A stretch of DNA of 64,000 nucleotides, taken from positions 56,104 through 120,103 of the IMG/VR virus record IMGVR_UViG_3300032805_000001; one strand, 5' to 3'. The notes beneath the pieces are model-generated. The model worked only from the letters and a program-made list of their open reading frames with translations. It ran no database searches and was not told where the DNA came from. Shown piece after piece: positions 30,066 through 40,894 of this stretch. Each line of letters begins with the position of its first letter. Positions within the stretch are counted from its first letter, which is position 1. The DNA comes from a virus. A program made the translations under genes and the position numbers.

Positions 30066-30662
30066 ATGACCGCCGACACGGACGAAACCCGGACATGGAA
30101 GCGCCTTGGTGAGCTGCTGACCCGCCGTCGCGTCGCCCTTGACCCCCGCTACCACAATCGCCGCCTGTTCTGCGACGAACGGCAGATCAACTATCGCCTC
30201 GTCTACGACATCGAACTTGCCAAGCGCGCGGACTTTGCCATGGCAACCCTTGCCGCCGTGGCACAGGCTTACGCGGTGACATTCGAGTCCATCCAGCAGG
30301 CATTGGACGGCGGCGAGCTTGAGCCCATCCCCGAGGCCGCCAAGCCGGCCCCCCGCTTCCAGGTCCTCCCCGGCGGCGCCGGACAGGTCCCCGGCGAGAC
30401 TGACGCCAGGGACCTGTCCGTGTTCGACGTGCTCGCCGGGCCGATCATCCGCGAGCTGTGGGAAACGATCGAGAAGGCGCGGGCAGCCAATCCTGACGCG
30501 TCAGGACGGGACATCTTCCCATCCGATCAGACACTCGCGGACATATGGGACATGGGCGGTCAGCATGTGCCCGTGCATCTGCGCCTCAATGATCGTGAAA
30601 GACTCCGGCCGATGGCCGCATATGTCCTGAGCAGGAGGGGTGAGGCAGGCAGGGCAGGCTAG
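30066..30662 (+). CDS. Putative immunity repressor (XRE-like)
   Basis: W.RLGELL.RRR...YRLV.DIE..TL..VA.AY; divergent from the Cro-like gene. Confidence 0.65.
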   Translation: MTADTDETRTWKRLGELLTRRRVALDPRYHNRRLFCDERQINYRLVYDIELAKRADFAMATLAAVAQAYAVTFESIQQALDGGELEPIPEAAKPAPRFQVLPGGAGQVPGETDARDLSVFDVLAGPIIRELWETIEKARAANPDASGRDIFPSDQTLADIWDMGGQHVPVHLRLNDRERLRPMAAYVLSRRGEAGRAG

Positions 30663-31317
30663 TAGCCTGGCGATTATGGTCATAACAGTCCGCTCCCTTG
30701 CAAATGCGGTACGTTTCCCGTTAATTAGGGGGTAGTTCCCGCGAAGTCGCAGAACAAGGGGGTTGGGGGATGGACAAACCGGACACAGGTGAGTTTCGCA
30801 GGATGCGAGCCCAGCTCGACGAGGAACGCCGCCGCCGCATCTGGCTAGAAGAACGCCTCACCGGCCTCGCCGAGCTCGTCGGCCTCATCAAAGGCGAGCA
30901 AGGATCAATCTGGGAACGGTTCAGCAGGACTGAAAGCCACGGCCAGGCGCAGGACGCCGCGTGGCGGAGGGCGCTCGGCCTGCCGGAACCGCGCAAGCCG
31001 GGCGACGGGCCGCCACTGCACACGGTCAAGGCCGTCGCCTTGTTCGCCGTGCTGCGGCTGCTCGTGACCCACAAGACGGTCCTGGCACTGGCGATGGTCA
31101 CAACGACGGCCTGCATGTCCCCGGCCACCGTCCACGCCTCGCTGCGGGCAGCCCCCGCAGCGCATGCCCACCACGGGAGACGGCCACACCCCGCCCCGCC
31201 GGCCGCCTGCCACCGGCCCGCCCCGCCGGCTGCGGCACTTTGACCGCCACACGCCCCGGACATGAAAAGACCTCCGCCCGGCCGGATCATCGACGGCCGC
31301 GCGGAGGTCCCCCAAGC

Positions 31318-32135
31318 CTACGGTTTCCGCGCCACCCCCGCATACACGATGGCCGCGCTCACATCCCGGACTTCCCCGTCCGGCCGCCAGCACCGGGCCG
31401 GCACCAGCCCCGGCTCCACCATGTCCAGGCCCGTGAAATACCCGGCGACATGCTCCCGCGTATGCGGATGCACCCGGACCCGGCCATTCCCCGCCACCTG
31501 GTTGTACTGCGCCGCGGCGTCCTCACCGGCGATCCCCGCGGAAATCACCACCAGCGACCCGGAAACGATCAGCGACCGGAACACCTCCATCGCCTCCCGC
31601 GCCTCATCCGGTGACACGAAATGCAGCACAAGCGTGAGGATCAGGCACACCGGCCGGCCCGGGTTCATCACCTCCCGGACCCGGCTGTCCCCCCAGATGA
31701 TCCCCGGCGCCCGCAAATCCTGGGTGATCGCCGCCACCCCGGGCGTTTTCGCCGCGGCAAGATCAGCGGCAGTTTCCGCTGTGATCACCGTGTCCACGTC
31801 GACGTAAACAACCCGGACCATATCGGGGTACGGGCTGGCCGCCCGTGCGATCTCATGCACCATCGGATGCACGGGCGCCCCGGCACCCACGTCAACGAAC
31901 CGGGTGTACCCCTCCCCGGCCGCGTAGGCGACAGCACGCTCGACGAACTCGCGGTTCTCGGCCGCTGCGGGCGCGATCCAGGGCAGCCGCCTGCCCACCT
32001 CGGCTGCCGCTACCCGGTCAGTCTCGAACGCGGGTCCTTTCTTCAGCCACGCGGTGTACATGCGTCCCGGTGCCGGCCCGGAAAGGCCGCTGCCCTCATC
32101 CCCTTCACCTGCCTGGCCGCTCCACGGGCTGCGCA
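31318..32135 (-). CDS. SAM-dependent methyltransferase (actinomycete Methyltransf_19-like); start uncertain
   Basis: PGRMY..WL, ENREFV.RAV, FVDVGAG.P..HE.A, RVVYVD, DLR.P, VLHFV, F.GL.MVEPGLV. Confidence 0.85.
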
Positions 32136-32922
32136 TCACAGGTGTCCCGGACGCGGCGAGCCTGGTACCGAACCTCACCTCAGCGAGACGATGCTCCAGG
32201 CTGGCATGGTTGCGGCTGCCGTTTAACGGCATGTTCATCCCGATCCCCCCAAGGATTCCGCGAACGTGCGCCTGCCATCACGTTAGCCGCAATTACGTCC
32301 CATGCAATAGAGGTATCCCGCAACCCTGCGTATGCATCCCGTATGCACTGGGTGCCCGGAACATAGAACACCCTCCCACCGCCGGGGGAAGCGATGGGAG
32401 GGTGTTCTCGGTCATCCGCCGGAGAGGCGGTTCCGGGCACGCGACCCGACGGGGGCGCGGGACGCGTGTTCGCAACACTTCCCACGGTGAGGGAATGATC
32501 CCATTCTGTCAAGCGAGACGCCAAAACGGGAAGACAGTCAGCAGGGCGGTCATTCCTCCAGTCCGAGCCGGCAACCGCCGATGTACTCCGCGTCGCGCGG
32601 GTCACCGTCCGGGAAATAACCTTCGTCGTCGCCCCCCGGAAGCGCCCCGGCCAGTCCGCAGGCGCAGCACTTGCCACCTTCCCGCCAGTGACCACAGTGA
32701 TAGCCGTCGCTGGTCTCCGGGCAAATATCCTCCGGTTCGGGAATGCTCACTTCGCCGCCTCCGGGATCTGCCGCCGCAAGTCCCTCACCTCTAGGGCCTT
32801 GGCCGACTGGCGGTCGTCCAGAATCCGGTACTCCCGGTACGCGGCCCGGGTTTCTTCGGCCATGACATCAAGCTCCGCCTCGGCCGCCGCAAGGCTGGCC
32901 TTGAGGCCGGTCAGCGTGTCGT

Positions 32923-33120
32923 TCACTTCTGCTCCTCGGGGTTCTCGCTGTTCTCGATAGCACGCCGGTAGTACTTCACGGCTGCAATCACGACCTTGCG
33001 AACGTTCAGGCCGGTCTTCTCGGCGTAGGCGCGGATCCAGGCGTCGTCGTCGGCGTTGTCCAGGCGTATCCCGCCAAGAGTCTTCAGTGTGTGCCGGTCG
33101 GCGCTGCGATCCTTGGTCAC
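32923..33120 (-). CDS. Small ribbon-helix-helix-like protein
   Basis: IRLD...W..AYAEKTG..V..V...AV..Y. Confidence 0.45.
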   Translation of the reverse strand: MTKDRSADRHTLKTLGGIRLDNADDDAWIRAYAEKTGLNVRKVVIAAVKYYRRAIENSENPEEQK

Positions 33121-33521
33121 AGTCGCCCGCGATCAAGTGCCGGGAAGGTGCTGGCGACCTCAGCCAGCGCCTCGATCTGCTCAAGGGTGACACGCTGGGA
33201 ATAGTCGATCGACACGCCAGCCGTAAAGAGAATCTTCTCGGCCGCCTTCCGGCGCTGGTCGAGCTCGAACTGCTCAAACGTCCGCACATATGACCCGTAG
33301 TGGCTGGTGGAGCCGCGCTCGTTGCCGGTTTCCATGTCGAACTCAATCGTGCAGTGGTCGCGCACTTCATTGCCGCGCCAATCGCGGCGCGTTTTCTCGT
33401 AGGTGACGGTCGCGTACTTGCGGCCGACCTTGGTCACGGCACCGCGGTAGTTCTCCTCTGGGCTCTCCGGGTAACGCATCCGACACAGGATGAGTACCTC
33501 GTCACCGATCTTGAGGTTCAT
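33117..33521 (-). CDS. Phage hypothetical protein
   Basis: LKIGDEV...VTKVGRKYATV beta-barrel-like motif. Confidence 0.55.
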   Translation of the reverse strand: MNLKIGDEVLILCRMRYPESPEENYRGAVTKVGRKYATVTYEKTRRDWRGNEVRDHCTIEFDMETGNERGSTSHYGSYVRTFEQFELDQRRKAAEKILFTAGVSIDYSQRVTLEQIEALAEVASTFPALDRGRL

Positions 33522-35120
33522 TGGGCCCCGTTTCTCGCGGTGGTGTTTTTCAGAGCGTATAAGGGTGGAGTTCCACCGTCAAGGCCCCCACCCGTGATCC
33601 CCGGCAGCCGCAGGTCAGCCGTCCCGCGCCTCCGCGAGCCCGGCCCGGATCAGCGCGTTCACCTCGGCGACTTCCTCCGCATACGCGAGTTCATCATCAG
33701 CCGGCGTTTCGTCATCATTCATCCCCTGAGCGTCACCTCAGATGCCGGCGACGGCAAGGGACGTTCAGACTGCCACCCCGATGACTATTGCCACCAGCGG
33801 GCGGCCGGCCGTGCCGCATCCCGGGCCGCCAGCCGCCCGTTGTGCGCCGCGCACGCCTCCGCAGCCAGCTCCGGTGTATCCATCACCCCGATCAGGACGT
33901 CATCATCGCTGATGTCGTCGCCGATCTGCGCGTACACCATGCGCCCGGTGTGACCCACACGCCACGGGAAGGTTGCGAGACGGATGTCAGTAGTCATGGG
34001 TACATAATGGCGTTATCGCCCTGTCACGGAAAGCAGCGAGAGGGCGCCGGACCCCGAGACGCCGGCGCCCCCTCGCAGTGGCCGCCTCAACGGTTAAGCG
34101 GAGGCCGGAGGCAGCCACGACTGGCGGGGAACGCGTCCGCCGGGCCCGCGGGATATTCCGGGTGCGCTCCCGTAAGCCAAGGGTATTGGATCACCTGCCC
34201 GCGCCCGCATCATGCCCGCTGCTCTTGCCGGGCTCGGCCCGCTCAGGGACGATCAGGGCATGGTCGCTGCGATCCTCGTACCGCTCGGGTTAATCATCAT
34301 CGTCCGGCTCGTCTGGCCGAAAGCCAACCCGGGGGCGAAGCTCGCAGCTATTGGCGGGGTCCTGTTCGCCCTGTGGGCGTGTATCGCGGTCGCGAGCCTG
34401 CATGCTGCCGGTGTCGTCGCTGCGGGTGTCGCTGACGGGATCACCGGGTTCATCCACGGGCTCGTGGGGCTCCTTGATCACCTGTGACCGGCACATCCCG
34501 CCGCAGCAGGTCAAGCTCACCTTGCAGGTAGGCGATGCGGCCCCGCCGTCTCCGCTCAGCAACTGCGGGACTGCCATCTGCGGCCAGTTGGAGTACCCCC
34601 TGTAGATGCTTGTGGAGTAAACGCAAGTCGGTCAAGATCTTCGGGTTTTCTGCCGCCCTGACGCCGAGTTCTTCCTTCTAAAGCAACTCTGCGAACGCAG
34701 ACAGGAGGAGTTCGGCAAGCGCAAACGCGGGTTCACCAAGGCATCCAGGCCCACATCGAGGCGCCGATCACCTGGCAGGGAGGAACGGGAGGAGGCCGCA
34801 GCGATGCGGGACGCGATCAGCGAGCACGCCTATCAGGCCATGCAGACCGCGCCGCCCGGCGCGCAGAACAACCCAATGTTCTGGCGGGCGTCGAAGGTGG
34901 AAGCGCTGATCGGTGAACTGTCTGCCATCAGTCCCGAGGTAGCGGCCGGCCAGCTCCTCGACCCGGCGTTCCGGTACTTCACTGGCTACAGCCGGGAATG
35001 GTGGTCCCGGTTTACCGAAGCCTGCGAGAAGCGGCTAGCCGAGGAGAGGCCCGATCTGGAGCCGGTCAGGCGCAAACCGGGCCGCGCGCCGTGGGCCGAA
35101 AGCGGACTGAACAGCCGGTA

Positions 35121-35381
35121 ATGGGCTTACGAGCATGGTGGCGGCGACGGCTCATCGTGGCCTGGACTACGCCGAAGCCGCACCGTGATGGGCGCCCGGC
35201 AACACTCCCCGCCGTCCGCGTGACAGTCGGCGACCTGTGCCCCTGCGGCAACGGGAGCGTCCGCCGCACCTACTCAAGTCAGCATGGGGCGTTTCTCGGA
35301 TGCACCAACTACCCGAGGTGCCGTCGCGCGTGGCTGCCTGATGGCAGTCGCCTGGCTGTATGGCAGTGGCGAGGCGTGTAG
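35121..35381 (+). CDS. Topoisomerase-type C4 zinc-finger protein
   Basis: CPCG...G.FLGCTNYPRCR. Confidence 0.7.
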   Translation: MGLRAWWRRRLIVAWTTPKPHRDGRPATLPAVRVTVGDLCPCGNGSVRRTYSSQHGAFLGCTNYPRCRRAWLPDGSRLAVWQWRGV

Positions 35382-35386
35382 CAGCA

Positions 35387-35425
35387 AAAAGACGGCCCGG
35401 GGTTTCAAGTCCCGGGCCGTCTTTG
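35387..35425. terminator. Bidirectional terminator between convergent genes
   Basis: aaagacggcccggg...cccgggccgtcttt. Confidence 0.8.
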
Positions 35426-35435
35426 CGTGTACGGC

Positions 35436-36185
35436 CTAACTCTTCTCGCCCTCGCTGCGGACCACGTAGTCGTACCCGAGCACCTGATCTGGCGGCATGC
35501 ACCACTCCCCGTACAGGATGACGCCTTGCTGATCACTCCAGATGTGCGTGCCAGCCAGGATCGGGGAGCCGACGGGCAGCCTCAGCGCCCCCGCCTCCCG
35601 CGCGTCGGACGCCCGGCCCCGCACATAGTCCCTGCCGTGGGTGACGCGCCGCTTTGTCGCCCGCTCAATCATCGTGATCGCTCCCCCGGGGATCGGTGCC
35701 CGCTCAAGCAGGTCCGGCGCGACCATCCGGCTTGACTCGGGAATCCAGTCCACGGACAGCGCCCGCGGCCTGCCGCCGTGATGGGAGACCTCCTCGCGGC
35801 GGATGATCTGCGTTCCCGGTTCGATGCCGAGCACGTCCGCGACATAGGGGGGGGCGCTCACGATGTCCACTTCGGTAACGACGATCGTCTCCCCGTTACT
35901 GCCGGCACGGTGCATCGGCGACGTTGACACCCGGTCTTTCGGTGTCCGGCTGGTGCCGTGCGGGTCGGACACGAAACTGCCCTGCGGGGACGTGTAGATC
36001 AGGCCCTCGACCTGAAGGAGCCCGATCGCTTTCGCGGCCGTGGATGGGGCGACGCTCCACTGGCTGGCGATAGCGGAGATCGCGGGCAGCCGGTCACCGA
36101 CGCTGAGCCGACCGCCCACAATCTCGGATCGATAGAAGCCCGCGATCTGGGCATATGGCGGGGCGGGTCGTTCGGCTGGCGGCAT
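35436..36185 (-). CDS. GntR/HutC regulator (KorSA/TraR-like)
   Basis: PPYAQIA..I..G.L..GDRLP wHTH plus UTRA domain; divergent from the transfer operon. Confidence 0.9.
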   Translation of the reverse strand: MPPAERPAPPYAQIAGFYRSEIVGGRLSVGDRLPAISAIASQWSVAPSTAAKAIGLLQVEGLIYTSPQGSFVSDPHGTSRTPKDRVSTSPMHRAGSNGETIVVTEVDIVSAPPYVADVLGIEPGTQIIRREEVSHHGGRPRALSVDWIPESSRMVAPDLLERAPIPGGAITMIERATKRRVTHGRDYVRGRASDAREAGALRLPVGSPILAGTHIWSDQQGVILYGEWCMPPDQVLGYDYVVRSEGEKS

Positions 36186-36344
36186 CCGGGGATCTCCCTG
36201 TCGTGTGCTAGCGGACGGGTGTCCAACCCAACCGTCCGTCTTTCAGTAAGCGTATGCCAGTAGACGTTGACTCTCGCGTACTAGCGGACGTACTCTCAGC
36301 GGAGACGCTGGAATCCCCGGCGGTTCCACGGAAGGACGGCGAAC

Positions 36345-36656
36345 ATGACGGCTCCCGCCACTGGCACCCGGAAACCCCGGCCACGTCGCCGGATTCCCGG
36401 GCGTCCCGACGGGGACCGCCTAGTCCCGTTCTCTGCGGCATCCGAGCGCTTGGGCCGCTCCACGGACACGCTGCGCGAATGGCACGACGAAGGAAACCTT
36501 CCCGCCGTTGTGACACCGGGCAGCCAGTGGATGACGTTCGAGTCGTTCATTGCCTCGGTGCTCGCGTCGGCCCGCCCGGGTAAGCCGGGCGACATTGCCG
36601 CTCTTGCCCGCGCATGGTTCGCGGCGCACCCCGCCATGGAAGGAGTGGTTGCCTGA
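36345..36656 (+). CDS. HTH DNA-binding protein
   Basis: ASERLGRSTDTLREW..EG.LPA. Confidence 0.6.
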   Translation: MTAPATGTRKPRPRRRIPGRPDGDRLVPFSAASERLGRSTDTLREWHDEGNLPAVVTPGSQWMTFESFIASVLASARPGKPGDIAALARAWFAAHPAMEGVVA

Positions 36657-37302
36657 TGGCCCGCTCGGCGGCAAAAGAGAACGGCCCCAAGGCGCTGAGG
36701 ACACCTGGAGCCGTTGAACAGGATCGCCCCCCTGAAAGGACCCATCCTGATGGCCAGAAACGTAGCACGCACCCAGGTCGTCCATGTGGACGACACGCCG
36801 GCCGCCGGCTACGGCCGCCGTCTCGGCCGGCAAGCCGCCGCGATGGGCCCGGCCACCGACCGCCGTCCCGTGTCCAGGCCCATGGAACAGTCCTGGGTCC
36901 GCGCGCGGGAGATCGCCAAGACCCTCCACGGCAGCCTCACCCCGTCCGTGCGGCAGGCCTACGCCACATCAGGCGACCCGATGGACCAGATGATCACCGA
37001 GGCGCTCGGGGAACTGGACGAACAGCGCCACTTGGCGGCCGTCCGGTGAGCGCCCCGCCTTTCCTGGGCCAGCCCGGCTACGAAGACGACGACCCGCAGC
37101 CCGACCTGACCATGGTCATCCTGCACGAGGCCCTCGACCTGCTCGCGACCGCCGCGCTCGCCGCCGAGACAGACGAGGCGGCCCGGGTGCACGGGCTGCT
37201 CGGCGAGGTCGAGACGGTCGCGTTCGGGTTCGCCGCGGACTCCGCCGAAGCGAACGGGCTAAACCTTCTCACCGGCGCGATCCGGCGCAGGGCGGAAGCG
37301 GC

Positions 37303-38288
37303 GTGAACTCGATCATCCCTCCCGCCATAGCCCCTTTCATGAACTGGCTGGGGACGCAGATCGCCGCGATGCGAACCGTCATCGGTGCCCTGATCACAGG
37401 CGCTTCGATGCCGGCCCGGCAGACGCTGCTCTACACGTTCGTCCTGATTGTCATCCTGTACTTCCTCGTCAGGATCTTTACCCGCAAGAAGAAGCCAAAG
37501 AAGACGTAACCCCCCAACCCCAGTACCGCACGGTGCCGGGCCCATCACCGAAGGAAACAGCCCATGAACTCCGCCCATGTTCTCGCCGCGACTTCCCCGT
37601 CCGTTCACATGCCGCAGCCGATGGCCGCCGCCATCGCGATCACGTTCCTCGTCCTCTTCGTCTTCCTCGTCCTCAGGGGGCTCGCCAGCTTCGGCAAGTC
37701 CAGCCGGTAAGCAAGCCGCCGTCCAAGCGGGCCACCGTCATCGAAGGAGAAATCACCCATGAGCTTCGCTCACATCATCACCGACCCGGCCGTCCATCAG
37801 GCGGCCAGTAACACCTGGGACGCCTACGACACCAAGACCGCCGGGCAGGCCGGCATCTTCGCCGGATGCGTCGCCGGTTTCCTGCTCCTGGTCAAGATCG
37901 TCAGGGCCGCTGGCCGTAAGCCCGCCACCAGCAACTAGGCCGGGGGTCCGGCAAGGCGCCCATTCCACGCCGGGCCCCCGCAAGATCCACTTCAGCCAAA
38001 AGGGAGCAGATCGTGTCTGCATTCAACCACCCGGCCACGAGGAAAACCCTCGCCGCCCTGGGTGGTACCGCCGCAGTCGTCGCCGTCTGCCTGATCGCCG
38101 GTGCTGTTTCCCGGCTCGCCGGCGGCGGGACAGGTGTAGCGGTCATCGTGGCCACGTTCGCGGGCTGCTGGATCGTCTTCAGCCCCCGGCCCCGCCGGCA
38201 TCCCGCAACACCGCGGCGTCGCAGCCGGGGCCGCGACCCCCAGATCACCGTGACCGAAAGCCAGGAACCGGCGCAACTCGCCGCATGA
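37303..38288 (+). other. Run of four small membrane-protein ORFs (spd-like): 37303-37509, ~37565-37710, ~37759-37938, 38013-38288
   Basis: Each has an RBS, one or two hydrophobic helices and a basic tail. Confidence 0.55.
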
Positions 38289-39205
38289 CCACGGAATCCG
38301 CTAAAACGATCTTCAAAGGGACCACGATGCCCGGCATGACAAAGCACCGCACCACCGAACGGCACGCCAGCAAGACGCGCCGCGACCACCTGTGGGTACT
38401 AGCCGTCATCGCCGCCTTCGCCCTGTACGACGTATGGGGAGGCTGGACACATATCGGCAATGAGTCCGGTTTCCCGCACGGCACCGGATGGACCCTCACA
38501 GTAATCGTGGAAGTCTACTGGGGCTACGCCCTTTACGCATGGCTCGCCGCCGCCCCCGGCCCCCGCTCCCGCAAATTCGCCATGTGGTCCGCAGGGGGAG
38601 TATTTATCCTCAGCCTCGCCGGCCAGGCCGCCGCGCATTTGGCCGCACACAAAATGCCCCCAGTCGGGGTAGTGGTATTCGTCAGCGCACTCCCGGTTAT
38701 TGTGCTCGCGCTCATCGCCATTCTCGTTCACCTGCGTCACATCGACCGGGCAGAGATGGCTGAGGGGGAAACAGAATCGGCCGGGCAGGCGGAACTCGCT
38801 GCGGTACGGGCCGAGCTGAGCGAGGCGCGGGAAGCGGCCAAGGTCATGCAAGCCGGCTTGGATGCGGCCCGCGCCGAGACCGCCGAGGCGGTAGCGAAGG
38901 CGGAAGTACTCGCGCGGAAGCCGGCCGGTACCGCAAAACCCAAGGGGGCTCAGCGCGGTACCCGGAAGCAGGGCCGGGGGAGCGGTACCGCCGCCGCTAA
39001 CGCGGAGCGCACGTTCGATGAGTTGCTAGCCGACGCCCGCGCCTACCGCGCCGAGCTCGCCACAGCAGGCAAGGGGGAGAGGCCGACGAAGGAGCGGCTG
39101 CGGCTCCGCTTCGGAGTAAGCAGCGGCACGGCTCTCGCGGTCTGCCGGGCACTCAAGGATGACGAGCCCATCGAGGCTCCGGAAGCGCCCGGGGCGGTGG
39201 GCTGA
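38285..39205 (+). CDS. SpdB2/DUF2637-like spread protein
   Basis: Four TM helices, coiled coil, C-terminal HTH-like segment (PTKERLRLRFGVSSGTA). Confidence 0.65.
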   Translation: MTTESAKTIFKGTTMPGMTKHRTTERHASKTRRDHLWVLAVIAAFALYDVWGGWTHIGNESGFPHGTGWTLTVIVEVYWGYALYAWLAAAPGPRSRKFAMWSAGGVFILSLAGQAAAHLAAHKMPPVGVVVFVSALPVIVLALIAILVHLRHIDRAEMAEGETESAGQAELAAVRAELSEAREAAKVMQAGLDAARAETAEAVAKAEVLARKPAGTAKPKGAQRGTRKQGRGSGTAAANAERTFDELLADARAYRAELATAGKGERPTKERLRLRFGVSSGTALAVCRALKDDEPIEAPEAPGAVG

Positions 39206-39785
39206 GATGACCCTCCCGTCCCGGTGTCCGGGCGGCGGTTCGCGGGGCCGCATGCCCGGCCTCCACGGGACCTCTCACAGGCACTGGAATCGGGGGGAAA
39301 TTCCTGAGATTTCTTCCGCCCCCCATGCGGTGGCCTGTCAGGCGACCCCACTCCCCCGGGAGATGACCCCCTTCTGGCGGCGGCCCCGGCCTTGGGTGTC
39401 ACCCGCCGGCCCGACGTGCGCGCGTGATTTTACTACTTCTGAAAGGTGGTCTCGCCATGCACGTTAACGTCACACCCGCTTCGCGGAAGCGCCAGTGGCA
39501 CATCGACAAGGTAAACAACGCCACCACTCCAGCGGATCAGATGGATTGCGCGATCTCCTGGGCGCGTGCCGAGCTGGCCCAGTGTGCGTCAGCAAGACCG
39601 GAGGACGCTCCCGGCCTGCGCCGCCAGCTCGCTCACATGATCGCGATGTTCGCAGCGGACATTCACCGCGTTCACCCCGCGCCCGAATTCAGGGATTCGC
39701 TCCCACCTCTGCCCGGTGGCGGGTGGGCACCTAAGCCTCGCAGTGACGCCCGGCACCCCTGAGAAGACTGGAGACGAAGACGGCC

Positions 39786-40322
39786 ATGGCCAACGACCAC
39801 GCCACCCCAGTACCGCCCCGCGCGCTGTTCGTGCTGCGCGGTGGTGCCGGTACTGACGATGCGGTACCGGAGGCCAGTCCTGCGACACTACCGGCCCCGG
39901 TAGAGGCCGGCGCCGGGGACGGTACCGAGATGCAGCCGGTACCGGTCTCGGTCCCGATGACGGTACCGGAGCGTGCCAGTCTCGCCGCCCGGCACTGGGC
40001 CACCGTCGCCGCGGACGGTGCCGGGCGGCTATGGCTGAACCCCGGCCGGATCCTTTACGTCCTGTGGCACGGCCAGCCTGAATCACTCGCCGGTCATCGC
40101 GTTTACGTGAAATCCCGGGCATGGGTGCCACCAGACCTGGACGGCAAAGCAGCGTCGTTTATCACGGGCGCGGGAATCGTTTACCACCTGCTGATCGCCC
40201 GCCCCCTGAAAACGGTCTGCCTGATCGTGAGCGGGGCAGCGGAAAGACCGCTGCGTCTCGCCGGGCTCATCGCATTGCTGCTCGTCCTCATCTTCGCCGT
40301 CCTGCCGCACGTTCCATTCTGA
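39786..40322 (+). CDS. Membrane protein of the transfer operon
   Basis: C-terminal hydrophobic helices; operon context. Confidence 0.55.
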   Translation: MANDHATPVPPRALFVLRGGAGTDDAVPEASPATLPAPVEAGAGDGTEMQPVPVSVPMTVPERASLAARHWATVAADGAGRLWLNPGRILYVLWHGQPESLAGHRVYVKSRAWVPPDLDGKAASFITGAGIVYHLLIARPLKTVCLIVSGAAERPLRLAGLIALLLVLIFAVLPHVPF

Positions 40323-40432
40323 AAGGAGACCACCATGTGGTGGGTAATTTTGTTCCTTATTCTCGCCGGGTTCGTGGTTATCGTCGCTGAACTCCTGACT
40401 CACATCCCGCAGATCGCCTGAAAGGACTCATC

Positions 40433-40891
40433 GTGAATTGGGCTTCGCTTCTTCTCGCCGCCGTGTTCGGCACCCCGGCGGTGGTGATGCTGATACGCCA
40501 CAAGGCGCCTCGTGTGACGGCGATCCTCGCCGCGCTCGCAGCGATATGCCTCATCGCAGGCATCCCGTCGTTCCTGGCCATGATCGGTCACCCGATCGGT
40601 TCCGGCCCGATCCTGCTCGGGATCGTCGTCGCCACCATCGCGTTCCTGATGTTCTTCTGGCTCGACGTGATCCGCGGCGAGCACAAGATTCCCCTGATCG
40701 GCCGGAAGGGCGCCGCTGGCGGCCAGCCGGGCAGCGGCGGGAAAGCAAACCATCACATCCGCCCGCTGGTGGCGAGCGTGGGTCTCGCCGTGTTCGGTTT
40801 GATGATCGCGATCAACTGGCATTCGGTTGTCACGGGCACGAGCACCGGCGTCTCTCAGACGTTCACGTCGATCACGCACGCGGGGGCCTGA
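40433..40891 (+). CDS. Multi-pass membrane protein (TraA-like position)
   Basis: Four hydrophobic segments immediately upstream of FtsK. Confidence 0.6.
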   Translation: MNWASLLLAAVFGTPAVVMLIRHKAPRVTAILAALAAICLIAGIPSFLAMIGHPIGSGPILLGIVVATIAFLMFFWLDVIRGEHKIPLIGRKGAAGGQPGSGGKANHHIRPLVASVGLAVFGLMIAINWHSVVTGTSTGVSQTFTSITHAGA

Positions 40892-40894
40892 CCG

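Noticed and set aside
35395-35420. tRNA-like TTCAAGTCCC motif
   Set aside because: It is the loop and arm of a terminator hairpin, with no cloverleaf. I found no tRNA or rRNA elsewhere by eye.
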